Assembly (NCBI GenBank): GCA_965243205.1
Contig: CBDEUK010000002.1
Location: 704,001 to 768,000 of the forward strand
Direction: 5' to 3'
Origin: Gammaproteobacteria bacterium
GTDB lineage: Bacteria; Pseudomonadota; Gammaproteobacteria; Eutrophobiales; Eutrophobiaceae
DNA length: 64,000 nucleotides
The translations under genes and the position numbers were made by a program. The notes beneath the pieces are model-generated. The model saw only the letters and a list, made by a program, of their open reading frames with translations, was not told the origin of the DNA and searched no databases. This document shows positions 1 to 11,063 of the stretch, in pieces (within the stretch, counting starts at the first letter, position 1; every line of letters starts with the position of its first letter).

Positions 1-229
1 TTAAGCCTATAGTGTAATCATCATCGTCTAATTGATTTAATAAATGTCTAACAAGAGTTGTTTTACCAGAACCAATTTCACCAGTTATTACTGTTATTGG
101 TGATTCATTGGTAACGCCATATTCCAACATGGTATAAGCAATCTTATGACGTTCTCCCATAAATAAAAAAGATGGGTCTGGCTGTAAAGTAAAAGGCTTT
201 TCATTCAAGCCATAGAATTCTTCGTACAT
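1..229 (-). CDS. ExeA/GspA-family AAA ATPase (XrtA/PEP-CTERM system-associated ATPase), N-terminal part, runs off window start
   Basis: Not in the ORF track. Manual translation from ATG at 229: MYEEFYGLNEKPFTLQPDPSFLF...VITGEIGSGKTTL, the typical ExeA N-terminus plus Walker A; lies downstream of wzc genes. Confidence 0.88.
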   Translation of the reverse strand, partial: MYEEFYGLNEKPFTLQPDPSFLFMGERHKIAYTMLEYGVTNESPITVITGEIGSGKTTLVRHLLNQLDDDDYTIGL

Positions 230-249
230 GATACTTAGTCGATAATCAT

Positions 250-1059
250 TTAATAATTAGCAACCAACTTTTCTTTGGATTTATTCAAAACTGTCCCAAG
301 AATATTAACGTCTTTTAATAATCTCATGGCTTGTTGAATATCATCACTGGATGTTGCACCTTCTTCAATCACCATTAAAAATGCATCGACAAATGGTGAG
401 AATGCTAAAGCATCATCAGATGATAATAACGGAGGTAAATCGAAAATTACTATACGTGACGGATAACGAGACTTTAACTCATTGACGAGTTGTGCCATAC
501 GATTTGATTTTAAAATTTCAGATGAGTTAGTTATTGATTCTCTTCCTGGCAAAATAACTAATCGTTCGATATCAGGATTAATCAACATACCACCTAAATC
601 CATCTGTTCACTTAAAAAGAAATCACTAATACCTAATTGCGAATTAAAACCAAAATATTTATTGATCGATGGCCTGCGCATATCTAAGTCTACTAGTAAA
701 ACTGTATAATTAACTTCACGAGCTAATGAAATCGCTAAATTAATCGCCGTTAGAGACTTACCTTCTTCAGGTCCTGTACTAGTAATAGCTAATGTATTCC
801 AATGATTAGCTACTAATTTTTGTAAAACTTGGGTTCTTAATAGTCGATATGCTGTATTAGCTTCAGCATGTTCATAATGTGTAATAATTCGATTACGTTT
901 TAAAATATTTTTTTTAACCGGAACAATTTGTGTTTTAGAATAAACAATTTCTTGAGTAATATCAGGTTCAAAAGATTTTGCTTTGTGAGATGTTGGCTTC
1001 TCACGTTTCTTTTTACCAGAGAGTTTAGCAAGCTCTAGTGCTTCTTTAATTCGTTCCAT
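250..1059 (-). CDS. CpsD/CapB-family tyrosine-protein kinase (cytoplasmic half of a split Wzc)
   Basis: AYRLLRT, Walker A TGPEEGKS, LLVDLDMRRP, IFDLPP. Confidence 0.9.
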   Translation of the reverse strand: MERIKEALELAKLSGKKKREKPTSHKAKSFEPDITQEIVYSKTQIVPVKKNILKRNRIITHYEHAEANTAYRLLRTQVLQKLVANHWNTLAITSTGPEEGKSLTAINLAISLAREVNYTVLLVDLDMRRPSINKYFGFNSQLGISDFFLSEQMDLGGMLINPDIERLVILPGRESITNSSEILKSNRMAQLVNELKSRYPSRIVIFDLPPLLSSDDALAFSPFVDAFLMVIEEGATSSDDIQQAMRLLKDVNILGTVLNKSKEKLVANY

Positions 1060-1060
1060 T

Positions 1061-2827
1061 TTACATTAAACCTATACGTCGACCTAAAGAGAACCATAGA
1101 ACATCTAAAGGTTTTATAAATTGATGAAATAAAAATAATCCTATTAATATCAATGCTAAAAATATAGCTATAATAATAATATATTTAATATAACGACCAC
1201 TTTTTTCAGTCCCAGTTTCCATATAAGGAACTACTGCTAATGGCACATTACCTAATAATCTCTCAACACCTTTTCTTCCGTAAACTGTATTATCTAAAGT
1301 ATCAATTAAAAAAACTAAACCAACACCAGCAGCTAACGATAAAAATAGACTAAGAACTCCCAGAAGCAAACGATTTGGTTTTGCTGGCTTAGCCGGTAAT
1401 AGAGGTGGTTCAATTAAAGTTAATTTTTCACTTTTATTTTCGCTCTCTAAAGACTGAGCGACTTCAGCCTCCATTTGTTTGGCTTTGATTTCCTGATATT
1501 TTGCTAACGCGTTCTGATAATTCCTTACAAGTTCACGATATTCTCTTTCAACTTGAGGAGCCTGGGTAATTCTATCTTCGTAATCTTGTAATTTATTACG
1601 TAACTTCTCTTGGCGCTCCTTTAAAGAATTTAACTCAATTGCTGTAGCATCCAACTCAGAACGTAATTGAACATAGATTGGGTTATCTGGAGTCTCATTA
1701 TTTCTTAAAGTTTTATTTCTTGGAGCGTTTGCATAGCTCTCTTGTAGAGAATCAACAACTCGTAATTGACGTTTTACATCAGGGTGATCCTCAGAGTATT
1801 TCTCTTGCAGTGTTGCTAAATCAGCCTTGGCATCTGCTAAATCTAAAGCAATTTCTGATTTAGATTTACCCGAACCAGTCTCCATTTTTAATGCGGCTAT
1901 TTCTTTTTTAATATTAATAACATTTGGATGTTCAGCAGAATATCGAGATGCTAAGGAAATGTATTCAGTTTCTAGAGCCTCAAGTCTTTCTTTCGGTGAT
2001 AAAACCCGACCACCTGCTGTACCACCAGTTGTTGGTTCTTGTTGTGATAATTCTGACTGCAAATAAATTCTGCGTTCTTTTAGATTTTGAATTTGTGCTT
2101 CAACTTGTTCTATATCTGATTCAGTACGATTCATGAATCTCTGATTCAAATCATTCAACTCTGGCAAAGCATCAGCATTTTCTTCTTTGAATTTTGCTAA
2201 AGCTTCTTCAAGACGACTAACTTCTTTACTTAAACGTTCTGATTCATCGGTCAAAAAGTTAGTTGCTTCCATTGCAGTCTGCGTTCGATCTTTTAAGTTC
2301 TCATTCAAATATAAACTTACTAATTCATTTGCTACTTTTTGAGCTAAAGATGGAGATCGATTTTCATAACTCAAACTAAAAGCAATAGTAGCCTTAGCAG
2401 CTCGCCCAGTCTTTGGATCAACAACATCGGCATTAATCATATTCATAGAAATATCTTTACGCATTTCATCAAGAATAACTTCTAATGGATCGTCTTCCCT
2501 TTCGCTAGCATACAGATTGTATTTTTCAATTATCTGGGAAAGATTTTGGGTGGTCATCACACGCTGGCTAATTATTTGAACACGTTGATTCGCATAACCT
2601 GTTACCGTTGTACGCACCAAATCTTGAGGAATCTCTTGTTGTTCAATTAATATAACTGCTTTCGATTGATAATATGCAGGTAAAAATAATGCCAGCAATA
2701 AACCAACGATTAATACAAAGATAAAGGCAAAGAAAAAATACAATTTACTGCGTTTAAATACTTCTATGTATTCTCCAAGAGATTTTTCTTGTGAATTTTG
2801 TTCTATAAATTCTTCTTGTATGTTCAT
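1061..2827 (-). CDS. Wzz/GumC-type polysaccharide co-polymerase (membrane half of Wzc)
   Basis: N- and C-terminal TM helices, long coiled coil, YSAEHPNV/YSEDHPDV repeats, PxxPxKPNR motif. Confidence 0.9.
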   Translation of the reverse strand: MNIQEEFIEQNSQEKSLGEYIEVFKRSKLYFFFAFIFVLIVGLLLALFLPAYYQSKAVILIEQQEIPQDLVRTTVTGYANQRVQIISQRVMTTQNLSQIIEKYNLYASEREDDPLEVILDEMRKDISMNMINADVVDPKTGRAAKATIAFSLSYENRSPSLAQKVANELVSLYLNENLKDRTQTAMEATNFLTDESERLSKEVSRLEEALAKFKEENADALPELNDLNQRFMNRTESDIEQVEAQIQNLKERRIYLQSELSQQEPTTGGTAGGRVLSPKERLEALETEYISLASRYSAEHPNVINIKKEIAALKMETGSGKSKSEIALDLADAKADLATLQEKYSEDHPDVKRQLRVVDSLQESYANAPRNKTLRNNETPDNPIYVQLRSELDATAIELNSLKERQEKLRNKLQDYEDRITQAPQVEREYRELVRNYQNALAKYQEIKAKQMEAEVAQSLESENKSEKLTLIEPPLLPAKPAKPNRLLLGVLSLFLSLAAGVGLVFLIDTLDNTVYGRKGVERLLGNVPLAVVPYMETGTEKSGRYIKYIIIIAIFLALILIGLFLFHQFIKPLDVLWFSLGRRIGLM

Positions 2828-2843
2828 TTTTAGAGAAATAAAT

Positions 2844-4043
2844 CTAATTAAATATTATTTTATCTGCGACATAACGTATTTTTAGAAAAACATTATTTGA
2901 GTCGCGTTCATTATTTGAATTGATATCTTCAACTTGGCGATAACTGTATCCACCACTTACAGTCCAATGTCTGGAAAGTCTATAATTTAAAATAGTCGTT
3001 ACACTTGAAAACTCAGAACCATTCGTATTGTTTTGTTGTGTTACGCCACTACCACTTTCTAAATAGCGAAACCCTATATTACCGGAGAGTCTATTTGAAA
3101 ATTGTCTAGAGATAGTTGCTCGAAAATCATCATTTATCCGTTCATTACCTTGCACAGTAGGCGAGACTCTTCTATCAAATGTTGTACTAAAATTCATGTT
3201 TTCAAATTGTTTCTCAAGAGATAACGCTATTAACTCACCAACTCCATCCGATTTTACAGTCATAGGACCATTTACTGTTTGAGCAAGAGATTCTGATTCA
3301 GCAAAAGTTAAACCAAGTCCAATTGATGTTCTGAGCGTTTCACTAAAATTCTTTGTATATGTGACTTGAAAAGCATGATTAATTATTTCAGTTTGAGTAA
3401 TTGGTTTAAATTCAGTTCTATAGACTGTTGCGGAAAGACTATCTTTTTCACTTAGAATATAACTACCTTGCAGACCGTAATAAAAATTTTCATAATCATT
3501 AAAACCAGAGCCGAAAGCATCGAATTGAACATCGGTGTAACTAAAATTAGCGCCTAAGTTAACTCTTTCATTCAAGAAATAAGTATAACTTGGAGCAAGC
3601 ACTAAACGTTCCTGATCAATCTCATCAAAGTTCAAACCTGCAACAGATAAAGAAATAGGATCGATAATATCTGTTTGTAGTGTTACAGGTTGAATACTGT
3701 AATTCGATAAGAGATTAAACTCATTTCTTTCGTTAATTAAATGCCTAAAAGAAACATTAATACTCGTTGTTTCGGTATCTAGACCAATCTCTTCACTGTA
3801 TCTATTCACACCGATGATGGGAGTTATATACAAGCTTGTATCTTCAGATAGCATTAATAGTTTTACTTCGGCTTGAGTTCTCAAACCTACTGTTGTTTCG
3901 ACAAAGGCATCATTCACCAATAAACGCTTGTTATCATCGATCTCAGTGGTAATACCTAATATAGGCTGCGCAGAGAATTCAGCTGCTGAAAGGTTAAATG
4001 CCAACATACTCATACAGAAGACGAATTTAAATTTATTTTGCAT
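2844..4043 (-). CDS. Outer-membrane beta-barrel protein of EPS export locus
   Basis: Signal peptide, amphipathic beta-strand pattern, position between wza and wzc. Confidence 0.7.
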   Translation of the reverse strand: MQNKFKFVFCMSMLAFNLSAAEFSAQPILGITTEIDDNKRLLVNDAFVETTVGLRTQAEVKLLMLSEDTSLYITPIIGVNRYSEEIGLDTETTSINVSFRHLINERNEFNLLSNYSIQPVTLQTDIIDPISLSVAGLNFDEIDQERLVLAPSYTYFLNERVNLGANFSYTDVQFDAFGSGFNDYENFYYGLQGSYILSEKDSLSATVYRTEFKPITQTEIINHAFQVTYTKNFSETLRTSIGLGLTFAESESLAQTVNGPMTVKSDGVGELIALSLEKQFENMNFSTTFDRRVSPTVQGNERINDDFRATISRQFSNRLSGNIGFRYLESGSGVTQQNNTNGSEFSSVTTILNYRLSRHWTVSGGYSYRQVEDINSNNERDSNNVFLKIRYVADKIIFN

Positions 4044-4087
4044 GTTGGATTAAGAAAAAGAATCAATTTAACAATTTATTTCAAGCG

Positions 4088-4651
4088 TTATGGCACTACG
4101 ACTACATCGCCTTTTTGTAGAATGATGTTCGTTTCTAAATCTTCGCCTTTTTCGACTTGCTTATAATTAAATGGGATTGCTTCCTCGTTACCATTTACAT
4201 CTCTTCTTAAGATGATTATTTTTTTCAATTTAGCAAATGTGGTTGTTCCGCCTGCAACACTAATCGCCTGCATGACATCGGTATCTTGACTCATTAATAT
4301 AGGACCTGGTCGGGCTACTTTTCCTAGAACGTAGGCCCTATTGCCTTGAGTTGACTCTACTGCAACATTGACTTCTGCCTCTGGAATATATTTTTCTAAT
4401 TTAGTGGCAATTTCTGCTCTTACTTCTTCTGCGGTTTTACCATCTGTTTCGATATCACCCGCTAGTGGAAATGAAATAGCGCCATCAGGGCGCACTAATA
4501 CTTCACGAGCCAGTTCTTCTTCATTCCAAACACTAATCTGGACTACATCTCCAGGTAAAATTTCATATCTTTCAATAGCATATGCTTGGTTCTGGACAAC
4601 TATAACCATCAAAAAACACAGCAACATGCTGAGTTTAAACTGGATACGCAT
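4088..4651 (-). CDS. wza: Wza-family polysaccharide export protein (Poly_export + SLBB); likely start 4651 rather than 4732
   Basis: YEILPGDVVQISVW, VRPDGAISFPLAG, LQKGDVVVVP; signal peptide begins at MRIQF. Confidence 0.88.
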   Translation of the reverse strand: MRIQFKLSMLLCFLMVIVVQNQAYAIERYEILPGDVVQISVWNEEELAREVLVRPDGAISFPLAGDIETDGKTAEEVRAEIATKLEKYIPEAEVNVAVESTQGNRAYVLGKVARPGPILMSQDTDVMQAISVAGGTTTFAKLKKIIILRRDVNGNEEAIPFNYKQVEKGEDLETNIILQKGDVVVVP

Positions 4652-4929
4652 TGATTTTTCTCCGATTATTGCTTTGGCAGATAATTGATTATTTAGAGAT
4701 AGAACATAGTTAATTCTATGAAATTTAACCATTATTTTTCCTTTGTATTACAGCGTAATTCACAAAAATGAAATGAATCTTACAATTCGCTAACGAGAAT
4801 AATTACATTTTATGAAAATTACATTAAAAAATAAACGTAAATACTGAAAATTTATAGAATTTTAGACAAAATTTAGCATTAATCATCATGTATATTTTTT
4901 TAAGGTAACGGATAGTAACTGTTATTCAT

Positions 4930-4948
4930 GCAAATGAGAATCATTATT
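4930..4948. promoter_or_regulatory. Candidate Fur box in the wza/gspC divergent region
   Basis: GCAAATGAGAATCATTATT, 15/19 match to GATAATGATAATCATTATC. Confidence 0.5.
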
Positions 4949-5057
4949 AATAACAAATTCAGTCTATTTTTATTAAAATTTCGTGAAGATTTGCTCTAAG
5001 TCACTATTTACAGGTAAACCGAATGCATATTTGCTTGTCGAAAATTTTTATTAAAAA

Positions 5058-5091
5058 TTGTCATGAAAATATCATTTTATGACGATAAAGT
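5058..5091 (+). promoter_or_regulatory. Candidate Pho box plus -10 upstream of gspC
   Basis: TTGTCAT-GAAA-ATATCAT (5058-5075), exactly 10 nt, then TAAAGT (5086-5091); matches PhoB-activated promoter geometry. Confidence 0.55.
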
Positions 5092-5134
5092 TTAAACTAT
5101 TCAGAAGAATAGGAATGATTCCTCAAACAATACA

Positions 5135-5725
5135 ATGAATACGGTCACAAATAAGTTATTACAGCAATTACCAACGATTTTGGCTGCACTGCTTTTGCTA
5201 TGCACCATCGCTTATCACTGGACGGATGCCAATGCGACACCCACGCCTAAACTCGAAACAAGCATTGAAATAGATACTCCAAGCCTAAAAAATGACGAAA
5301 GTAAAATTAATCCAACTGAATTAAGGTTACTTCTTAATAAACCTGTATTCGGACAAGTTCCAAAACTACAGACGAAACCCATTGCAAAACAACCAGTTAT
5401 TAATGAACCTAAAGTCATTCCTAAAACTAAATTGAATTTGAAACTAAACGGTGTTGTCGCCAAAGCAGATGAAAAACTGGGACATGCCATTATAGATGGC
5501 AAAGAATATCGAGTTGGTGAAGCAATTGATGAAAGAACGAGTCTACATGCTGTTTACTCTAAACGAGTGATATTAAAATATAATAATAAACTGGAAGAAT
5601 TAGCATTACCGAATATGGAAACATCTGGTAACTCCCAATTTGCGCAAAAGCGTAATCAATTAACAAAAAGAAAAAATCTGGCTCGACGGTCACCTCCAGC
5701 GTTGCCTAGCGAAGCCGATAGATAA
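5135..5725 (+). CDS. gspC: Type II secretion protein C (HR domain, no PDZ)
   Basis: N-terminal TM, VFG, TKLNLKLNGV, AIID...YRVGE, VILKYNNKLEELAL; precedes gspD. Confidence 0.8.
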   Translation: MNTVTNKLLQQLPTILAALLLLCTIAYHWTDANATPTPKLETSIEIDTPSLKNDESKINPTELRLLLNKPVFGQVPKLQTKPIAKQPVINEPKVIPKTKLNLKLNGVVAKADEKLGHAIIDGKEYRVGEAIDERTSLHAVYSKRVILKYNNKLEELALPNMETSGNSQFAQKRNQLTKRKNLARRSPPALPSEADR

Positions 5726-5749
5726 GTAACTATAAAAATTAATTAACTG

Positions 5750-7828
5750 GTGATAATTTTGAAGATGTCTTTTAGAGGCTTTTTTAGGGCAGCTATTCTT
5801 TTGAGCATATGTATTCTCAGCGTATATATTCATGCCCAAGAGCAAACAAAACCTGCTCCTAATGAAGCTTTAACTCTGAATTTACAAAATGCAGATATCG
5901 GAGCATTGATTGAAACAGTTTCGTATGTCACTGGTAAGAACTTTATTGTCGACCCAAGAGTAACCGCTAAAGTAACCGTTGTTTCAGCAATTCCAACCGA
6001 ACCCGAACGTCTTTATGATTTATTTTTATCCATATTAAAAGTGCATGGTTATGCTGCAGTTGATCAAGGCGCTGCCATCAAGATAGTTCCAGATGTCAAT
6101 GCCAAACAAGAGAGTGTGCCAACTCTAATTAATGGTGTTAACAGCGAATCGGATCAAGTATCCACATTAGTTGTTGAATTACAGAACGTTTCAGCCAATG
6201 AATTAATACCAATTATTCGTCCTTTATTACCACAATCTGCACACTTAGCCGCACATGAAAATATTCTGATTGCTGCAGATAGCGCTAGCAACTTAAATCG
6301 TTTGATTAAAATCATTAAACGCATTGATCGTGAGAGCAATGTGGCATTTGAAGTAATTCAACTTCAATATGCAAACGCTGCGGATATTGTGCAATTAATC
6401 TCTCCTACTCTTCGTACTATCACCGCAGGCGATCCTAAAAAAGGGGCGGCCGCTGCGAATTCAAATTCCATTGTTGCAGATGAAAGAACCAACAGTATTT
6501 TATTGGTTGCTGATCGCAAACAACGTTTAGAAATTCGTGCATTAATCACCCACTTAGATACACCTGTCAACTCACAAAATAATGCAGAAGTAATTTATCT
6601 AAAATATGCAGTTGCTTCTGAATTAGCGCCCATCCTTGAAGGTATTGGCAGTAAACTTGAAGTAACTGATGGCAACACACCTGGTACAGGTGGTACAACT
6701 TCAGCAGCGAATACAAATACTACGAGACGCAGTTCTAATCGAGGTGGAAATCAAGGACCAATTTTTGATATAGAAGCAGATGATAATGTGAACGCATTGA
6801 TCATTCATGCTGAACCACGACGTATGGCTGCAATAAAATCGATTATCAAACAACTTGATATTCGCCGCGCGCAAGTATTAGTTGAAGGTGTGATAGCTGA
6901 AGTCTCCTATGACAAAGGAATAGAACTCGGTGTGCAATGGCAAACCTCTGCTACTAGCGATGGAGGCTTTGTAGGTCTTAATCCTCCATCAACCGAAATA
7001 TCAGACAGCATTACTAACTTTAATCCTCTCAGTATAGCCAGTGGTTTAAGTCTAGGATATTTTTCTGGCGGTACTTTAAGGGGACTATTGAGAGCTATTG
7101 CAGACGATCGTTTTTCAAATGTTCTTTCTACACCTACTTTAATGACACTTGATAATGAGGAAGCTGAAATTACCATAGGTCAAAATGTACCTTTTGTTAC
7201 TGGTTCCTTCACAACGAACGCAGATACATCTTCTAATCCATTTCAAACTATTGAACGACAAGATGTTGGCATTTTATTAAAAGTTAAACCGCAAATTAAC
7301 GAAGGCGATTCCGTTCGAATGGAAATTGAACAAGAAATTTCAAGTGTTGAACAAGGTACTTCTGGTGCAGGACTTATTACCAATAAGCGTTCTGTGACAA
7401 CGAATGTATTAGTTGATGATCAACAAATCATTGTTCTAGGCGGTCTACTGCAAGATGATGTAAGAGAAGTTAAAAATAAAGTCCCAGTATTAGGCGATGT
7501 ACCTCTTGTTGGCAATCTTTTCCGCAATACTAATAACAGCGCCGTTAAACAAAACTTAATGATTTTTTTACGCCCACAAATTGTTCGTGATTCTCGCACT
7601 GGTTCAAAACTTAGTAATAAAAAATATGATTATATTCGTAAGGAGCAACAAGAACTTAAGGAGCAAGGTGTAACGTTAATGTCTGATGATGTTATTCAAG
7701 AATTACCAGAGTTTGAAACAACTAATAAAACAGATGAAGATTTTATTCGTTCGTACTCTGAGCCAAAAACAAAAACTGATCCAGATGAATTGACTGAAAG
7801 TCTATCGAAATCTGGATTGCTAAAATAA
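5750..7828 (+). CDS. gspD: Type II secretion secretin D (start may be ATG 5765)
   Basis: TGKNFIVDPRV, LDIRRAQVLVEGVIAEV, NPFQTIERQDVGI, KVPVLGDVPLVGNLF. Confidence 0.96.
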   Translation: MIILKMSFRGFFRAAILLSICILSVYIHAQEQTKPAPNEALTLNLQNADIGALIETVSYVTGKNFIVDPRVTAKVTVVSAIPTEPERLYDLFLSILKVHGYAAVDQGAAIKIVPDVNAKQESVPTLINGVNSESDQVSTLVVELQNVSANELIPIIRPLLPQSAHLAAHENILIAADSASNLNRLIKIIKRIDRESNVAFEVIQLQYANAADIVQLISPTLRTITAGDPKKGAAAANSNSIVADERTNSILLVADRKQRLEIRALITHLDTPVNSQNNAEVIYLKYAVASELAPILEGIGSKLEVTDGNTPGTGGTTSAANTNTTRRSSNRGGNQGPIFDIEADDNVNALIIHAEPRRMAAIKSIIKQLDIRRAQVLVEGVIAEVSYDKGIELGVQWQTSATSDGGFVGLNPPSTEISDSITNFNPLSIASGLSLGYFSGGTLRGLLRAIADDRFSNVLSTPTLMTLDNEEAEITIGQNVPFVTGSFTTNADTSSNPFQTIERQDVGILLKVKPQINEGDSVRMEIEQEISSVEQGTSGAGLITNKRSVTTNVLVDDQQIIVLGGLLQDDVREVKNKVPVLGDVPLVGNLFRNTNNSAVKQNLMIFLRPQIVRDSRTGSKLSNKKYDYIRKEQQELKEQGVTLMSDDVIQELPEFETTNKTDEDFIRSYSEPKTKTDPDELTESLSKSGLLK

Positions 7829-7843
7829 TACATTTTAAATGTA

Positions 7844-9313
7844 ATGGTTTCCGAAGCTCGTAAACTCCCTTTCAGTTTTGCTAAACAACAAGGTGTTCTT
7901 ATTAGTTCAACCGACACTGGTGAACCAAAAGTTTTATTTCGATCAGATACAAAACATTCAGCTATCCTTGAAGTACAGCGCTTTCTTTCCAAGCATTGTG
8001 ATATGGAAGAAATCAGTGATTCAGATTTTGAAATCGAATTACAAAAAACCTATGAAAACGGCAGCGAAGGTGCACAGCAAGCAATTAATGATATCAGTGA
8101 TGATTTAGATTTAAATTCTGTTGCCGAACAGTTATCTGAACCAGCCGATTTATTAGAATCTGCTGATGATGCGCCCATCATTCGTTTAATCAACGCTCTA
8201 CTTGCAGAAGCCATTCGTGAAAATGCTTCAGATATTCATATTGATTCTTATGAAAAACGTATGGTAATTCGCATGCGTGTTGATGGTGTGATGCGTGAAA
8301 TGTTACAACCGCCTAAGACATTAGCAAACTTGATTATCTCGCGTATCAAGATCATGGCCAAGCTAGATATTTCAGAAAAACGTTTACCATTGGATGGACG
8401 CATCTCGATTCGTATTGCTAACCGTCCTGTAGATGTTCGTGTTTCTACCATGCCGTCAGGGCATGGTGAACGTGTAGTGTTGCGTTTACTCGATAAACAA
8501 GCGGGCAAGTTACAGCTAGAACAACTTGGCATGCCTGATTCATTAGTAAAACAGTTCGATGAATTAATCCATTTACCTCATGGCATCATATTAGTAACAG
8601 GCCCAACCGGTTCTGGTAAAACCACAACCTTATATGCTGGACTCTCTCGATTGAACAATAATGTTAGAAACATTATGACGATTGAAGATCCTATCGAATA
8701 TCACATCGATGGTATTGCTCAATCACAAGTAAACACGAAAGTTGATTTTAGTTTTGCTAGAGGATTGCGTGCTATCTTACGACAAGACCCGGATGTAGTT
8801 ATGGTCGGTGAAATCCGTGATGCAGAAACTGTTCAGATTGCTATTCAAGCTTCATTAACAGGTCACTTGGTATTATCTACACTTCATACTAACTCAGCGG
8901 TAGGTGCAATCACTCGTTTGTTAGACATGGGAACAGAGTCTTTTTTATTATCTTCTAGTTTAGCAGCAGTATTAGCACAACGATTGTTGCGTAATTTATG
9001 TTCAGACTGTAAAGAACCTTATCAACCAAATGAAAGTGATATAAAAACGATAGGCTTTGAAGCAGATGTACTTTATCGAGCTAAAGGTTGTCCTAAATGT
9101 GGTAATACCGGATATCGTGGGCGCTCAGGTATACATGAATTAGTTACTATTACTGAACCTGTACGTCAACTCATACATGATGGTGCAGGACAATTAGAAA
9201 TTGAAAAACTCGTTTTCTCAACAACGCCAAGTCTACGCCAAATGGGTTTTATCAAGGCTGCGGCAGGAATAACTTCTGTCGAAGAAGTCATTCGTGTCAC
9301 AAGTGAAGCTTAG
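7844..9313 (+). CDS. gspE: Type II secretion ATPase E
   Basis: GPTGSGKTTTLY, LRQDPDVVMVGEIRD, CxxC...CxxC tetracysteine motif. Confidence 0.97.
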   Translation: MVSEARKLPFSFAKQQGVLISSTDTGEPKVLFRSDTKHSAILEVQRFLSKHCDMEEISDSDFEIELQKTYENGSEGAQQAINDISDDLDLNSVAEQLSEPADLLESADDAPIIRLINALLAEAIRENASDIHIDSYEKRMVIRMRVDGVMREMLQPPKTLANLIISRIKIMAKLDISEKRLPLDGRISIRIANRPVDVRVSTMPSGHGERVVLRLLDKQAGKLQLEQLGMPDSLVKQFDELIHLPHGIILVTGPTGSGKTTTLYAGLSRLNNNVRNIMTIEDPIEYHIDGIAQSQVNTKVDFSFARGLRAILRQDPDVVMVGEIRDAETVQIAIQASLTGHLVLSTLHTNSAVGAITRLLDMGTESFLLSSSLAAVLAQRLLRNLCSDCKEPYQPNESDIKTIGFEADVLYRAKGCPKCGNTGYRGRSGIHELVTITEPVRQLIHDGAGQLEIEKLVFSTTPSLRQMGFIKAAAGITSVEEVIRVTSEA

Positions 9314-9339
9314 CCTCATAACAAAATAGTTTATTCATT

Positions 9340-10551
9340 ATGCCTGCTTTCGAATACGTCGCAATTGATAAAACTGGAAACAAGAAGAAAGGCGTTAATC
9401 AAGGTGAATCAGCCAAACATATTCGACAACAATTACGTGAACAAGGATTAACCCCTCTTCAAGTAGACGAAATTCAACAAAAATCTAAAAAATCCAAAAG
9501 CCAATCATTCTTAACGCGGAGTATTCCCCAATCTGAAGTCACTTTAATGACACGCCAACTAGCTACATTAGTTCGTGCAGGATTACCATTGGATGATGCT
9601 CTGAAAACTTTAGCGGAACAAGTTGAGAATAAACAAGTACTGGCAATGGTCCAAGCAATTCATGCTAAAGTTTCTGAAGGGCATAGTTTAAGTGAAGGTA
9701 TGTCGCAATTTCCTAATGCCTTTTCTGAGTTATATATTGCAACCGTTTCGGCTGGCGAACATTCGCGTGATTTGGCTTTAGTATTAGAACGCCTTGCCGA
9801 TTACGTAGAACGTCGCCAAGCCATTGCTTCAAAGATTAAACTCGCACTTATCTACCCTATCGTACTAACCTTCATTGCGATCGTAGTAACCGGTTGCTTG
9901 TTAGTCTTTGTTGTTCCTGAAATCGTACAAATTTTTGAAAACTCAAAACAAGAACTTCCCAAAATCACTCAAATATTAATCTTCATCAGTGATTTCGTAC
10001 AACAATGGTGGTTTGTATGTTTCCTAGGTATTGCTGCTTTGATTGTATTTTTAAAATGGTATTTATCGAAAGAAAAACCTCGCTATAAATTTCACCAACT
10101 ATTATTAAGGTTACCTATCATCAGTTCATTAATGAAACAGTCTGATGCATCACGCTTTACTCATACACTCGGTATTTTGTTAGCGAGTGGCGCTCCAATG
10201 TTGGAATCATTAAAAATAGCTACCAGTGCTATTAACGCTTTACCGATCCGTGCTTCATTGGAACAGGCTGGTATTAAGGTTCGTGAAGGTGAATCTCTAC
10301 ATGCATCATTAAAGCAATCAACCAAATTACCTCCAATGACAATACATTTAATTGCCAATGGTGAATCATCAGGGAATCTGGAAGAGATGCTAGAAAGCGC
10401 AGCTAAGGCCCATGAACATAATGTTGAAACACTGACTGGAACTTTTGTCGGGTTACTTGGCCCACTGTTAATTGTTGCTATGGGTATCGTAATTGGTTTT
10501 ATTGTGATGGGAATATTGCTACCAATCTTTAATTTAAATCAGATGATTTAG
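9340..10551 (+). CDS. gspF: Type II secretion inner-membrane platform protein F
   Basis: MPAFEYVA, TRQLATLVRAGLPL, ALIYP, GESSGNLEEML. Confidence 0.96.
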   Translation: MPAFEYVAIDKTGNKKKGVNQGESAKHIRQQLREQGLTPLQVDEIQQKSKKSKSQSFLTRSIPQSEVTLMTRQLATLVRAGLPLDDALKTLAEQVENKQVLAMVQAIHAKVSEGHSLSEGMSQFPNAFSELYIATVSAGEHSRDLALVLERLADYVERRQAIASKIKLALIYPIVLTFIAIVVTGCLLVFVVPEIVQIFENSKQELPKITQILIFISDFVQQWWFVCFLGIAALIVFLKWYLSKEKPRYKFHQLLLRLPIISSLMKQSDASRFTHTLGILLASGAPMLESLKIATSAINALPIRASLEQAGIKVREGESLHASLKQSTKLPPMTIHLIANGESSGNLEEMLESAAKAHEHNVETLTGTFVGLLGPLLIVAMGIVIGFIVMGILLPIFNLNQMI

Positions 10552-10574
10552 AACTCAACAGTTATCACTCTGTA

Positions 10575-11063
10575 TTACATTACTAACATAGTGGCTTTAA
10601 CCATACCTGGATTCTTTGTTGGAGCAATATTAATACTCTCAACATTAATACCGTTTTGAAAATACAGATTCCCCAACCACTGCATTAATTTATTGTATTC
10701 AACATTATCAAAACGAAGGTTTGCACCACTGTCTTTACCAGGAGAGATTGAATTTAATTGGGTATTAATACCATAACGTTTCATACTACTATCAAGGTAA
10801 GATAATAAATTTTCAGGGGCGATCATTTGTTTTGTAGCTCTAGGTTGTTTTTTTAATGTATCGACCGTTGTTTTCGTTTGTTGCATGAAAGATAACAACT
10901 CTTGGGCTGCGACATGTTTGTTTTTAGCGTTTTTTAAACGATTTGCCGTGGGTTCAAGTAATAATAAATAAAATAAAGTGAGCAATACAAATATTACACC
11001 TATTGATACTAACAACCGTTCACGCTGTTCTAATGATTCAAACCAATCAAATACTTGTTTCAT
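10575..11063 (-). CDS. gspM: Type II secretion protein M
   Basis: WFESLEQRERLLV plus TM, LMQWL; overlaps gspL stop. Confidence 0.88.
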   Translation of the reverse strand: MKQVFDWFESLEQRERLLVSIGVIFVLLTLFYLLLLEPTANRLKNAKNKHVAAQELLSFMQQTKTTVDTLKKQPRATKQMIAPENLLSYLDSSMKRYGINTQLNSISPGKDSGANLRFDNVEYNKLMQWLGNLYFQNGINVESINIAPTKNPGMVKATMLVM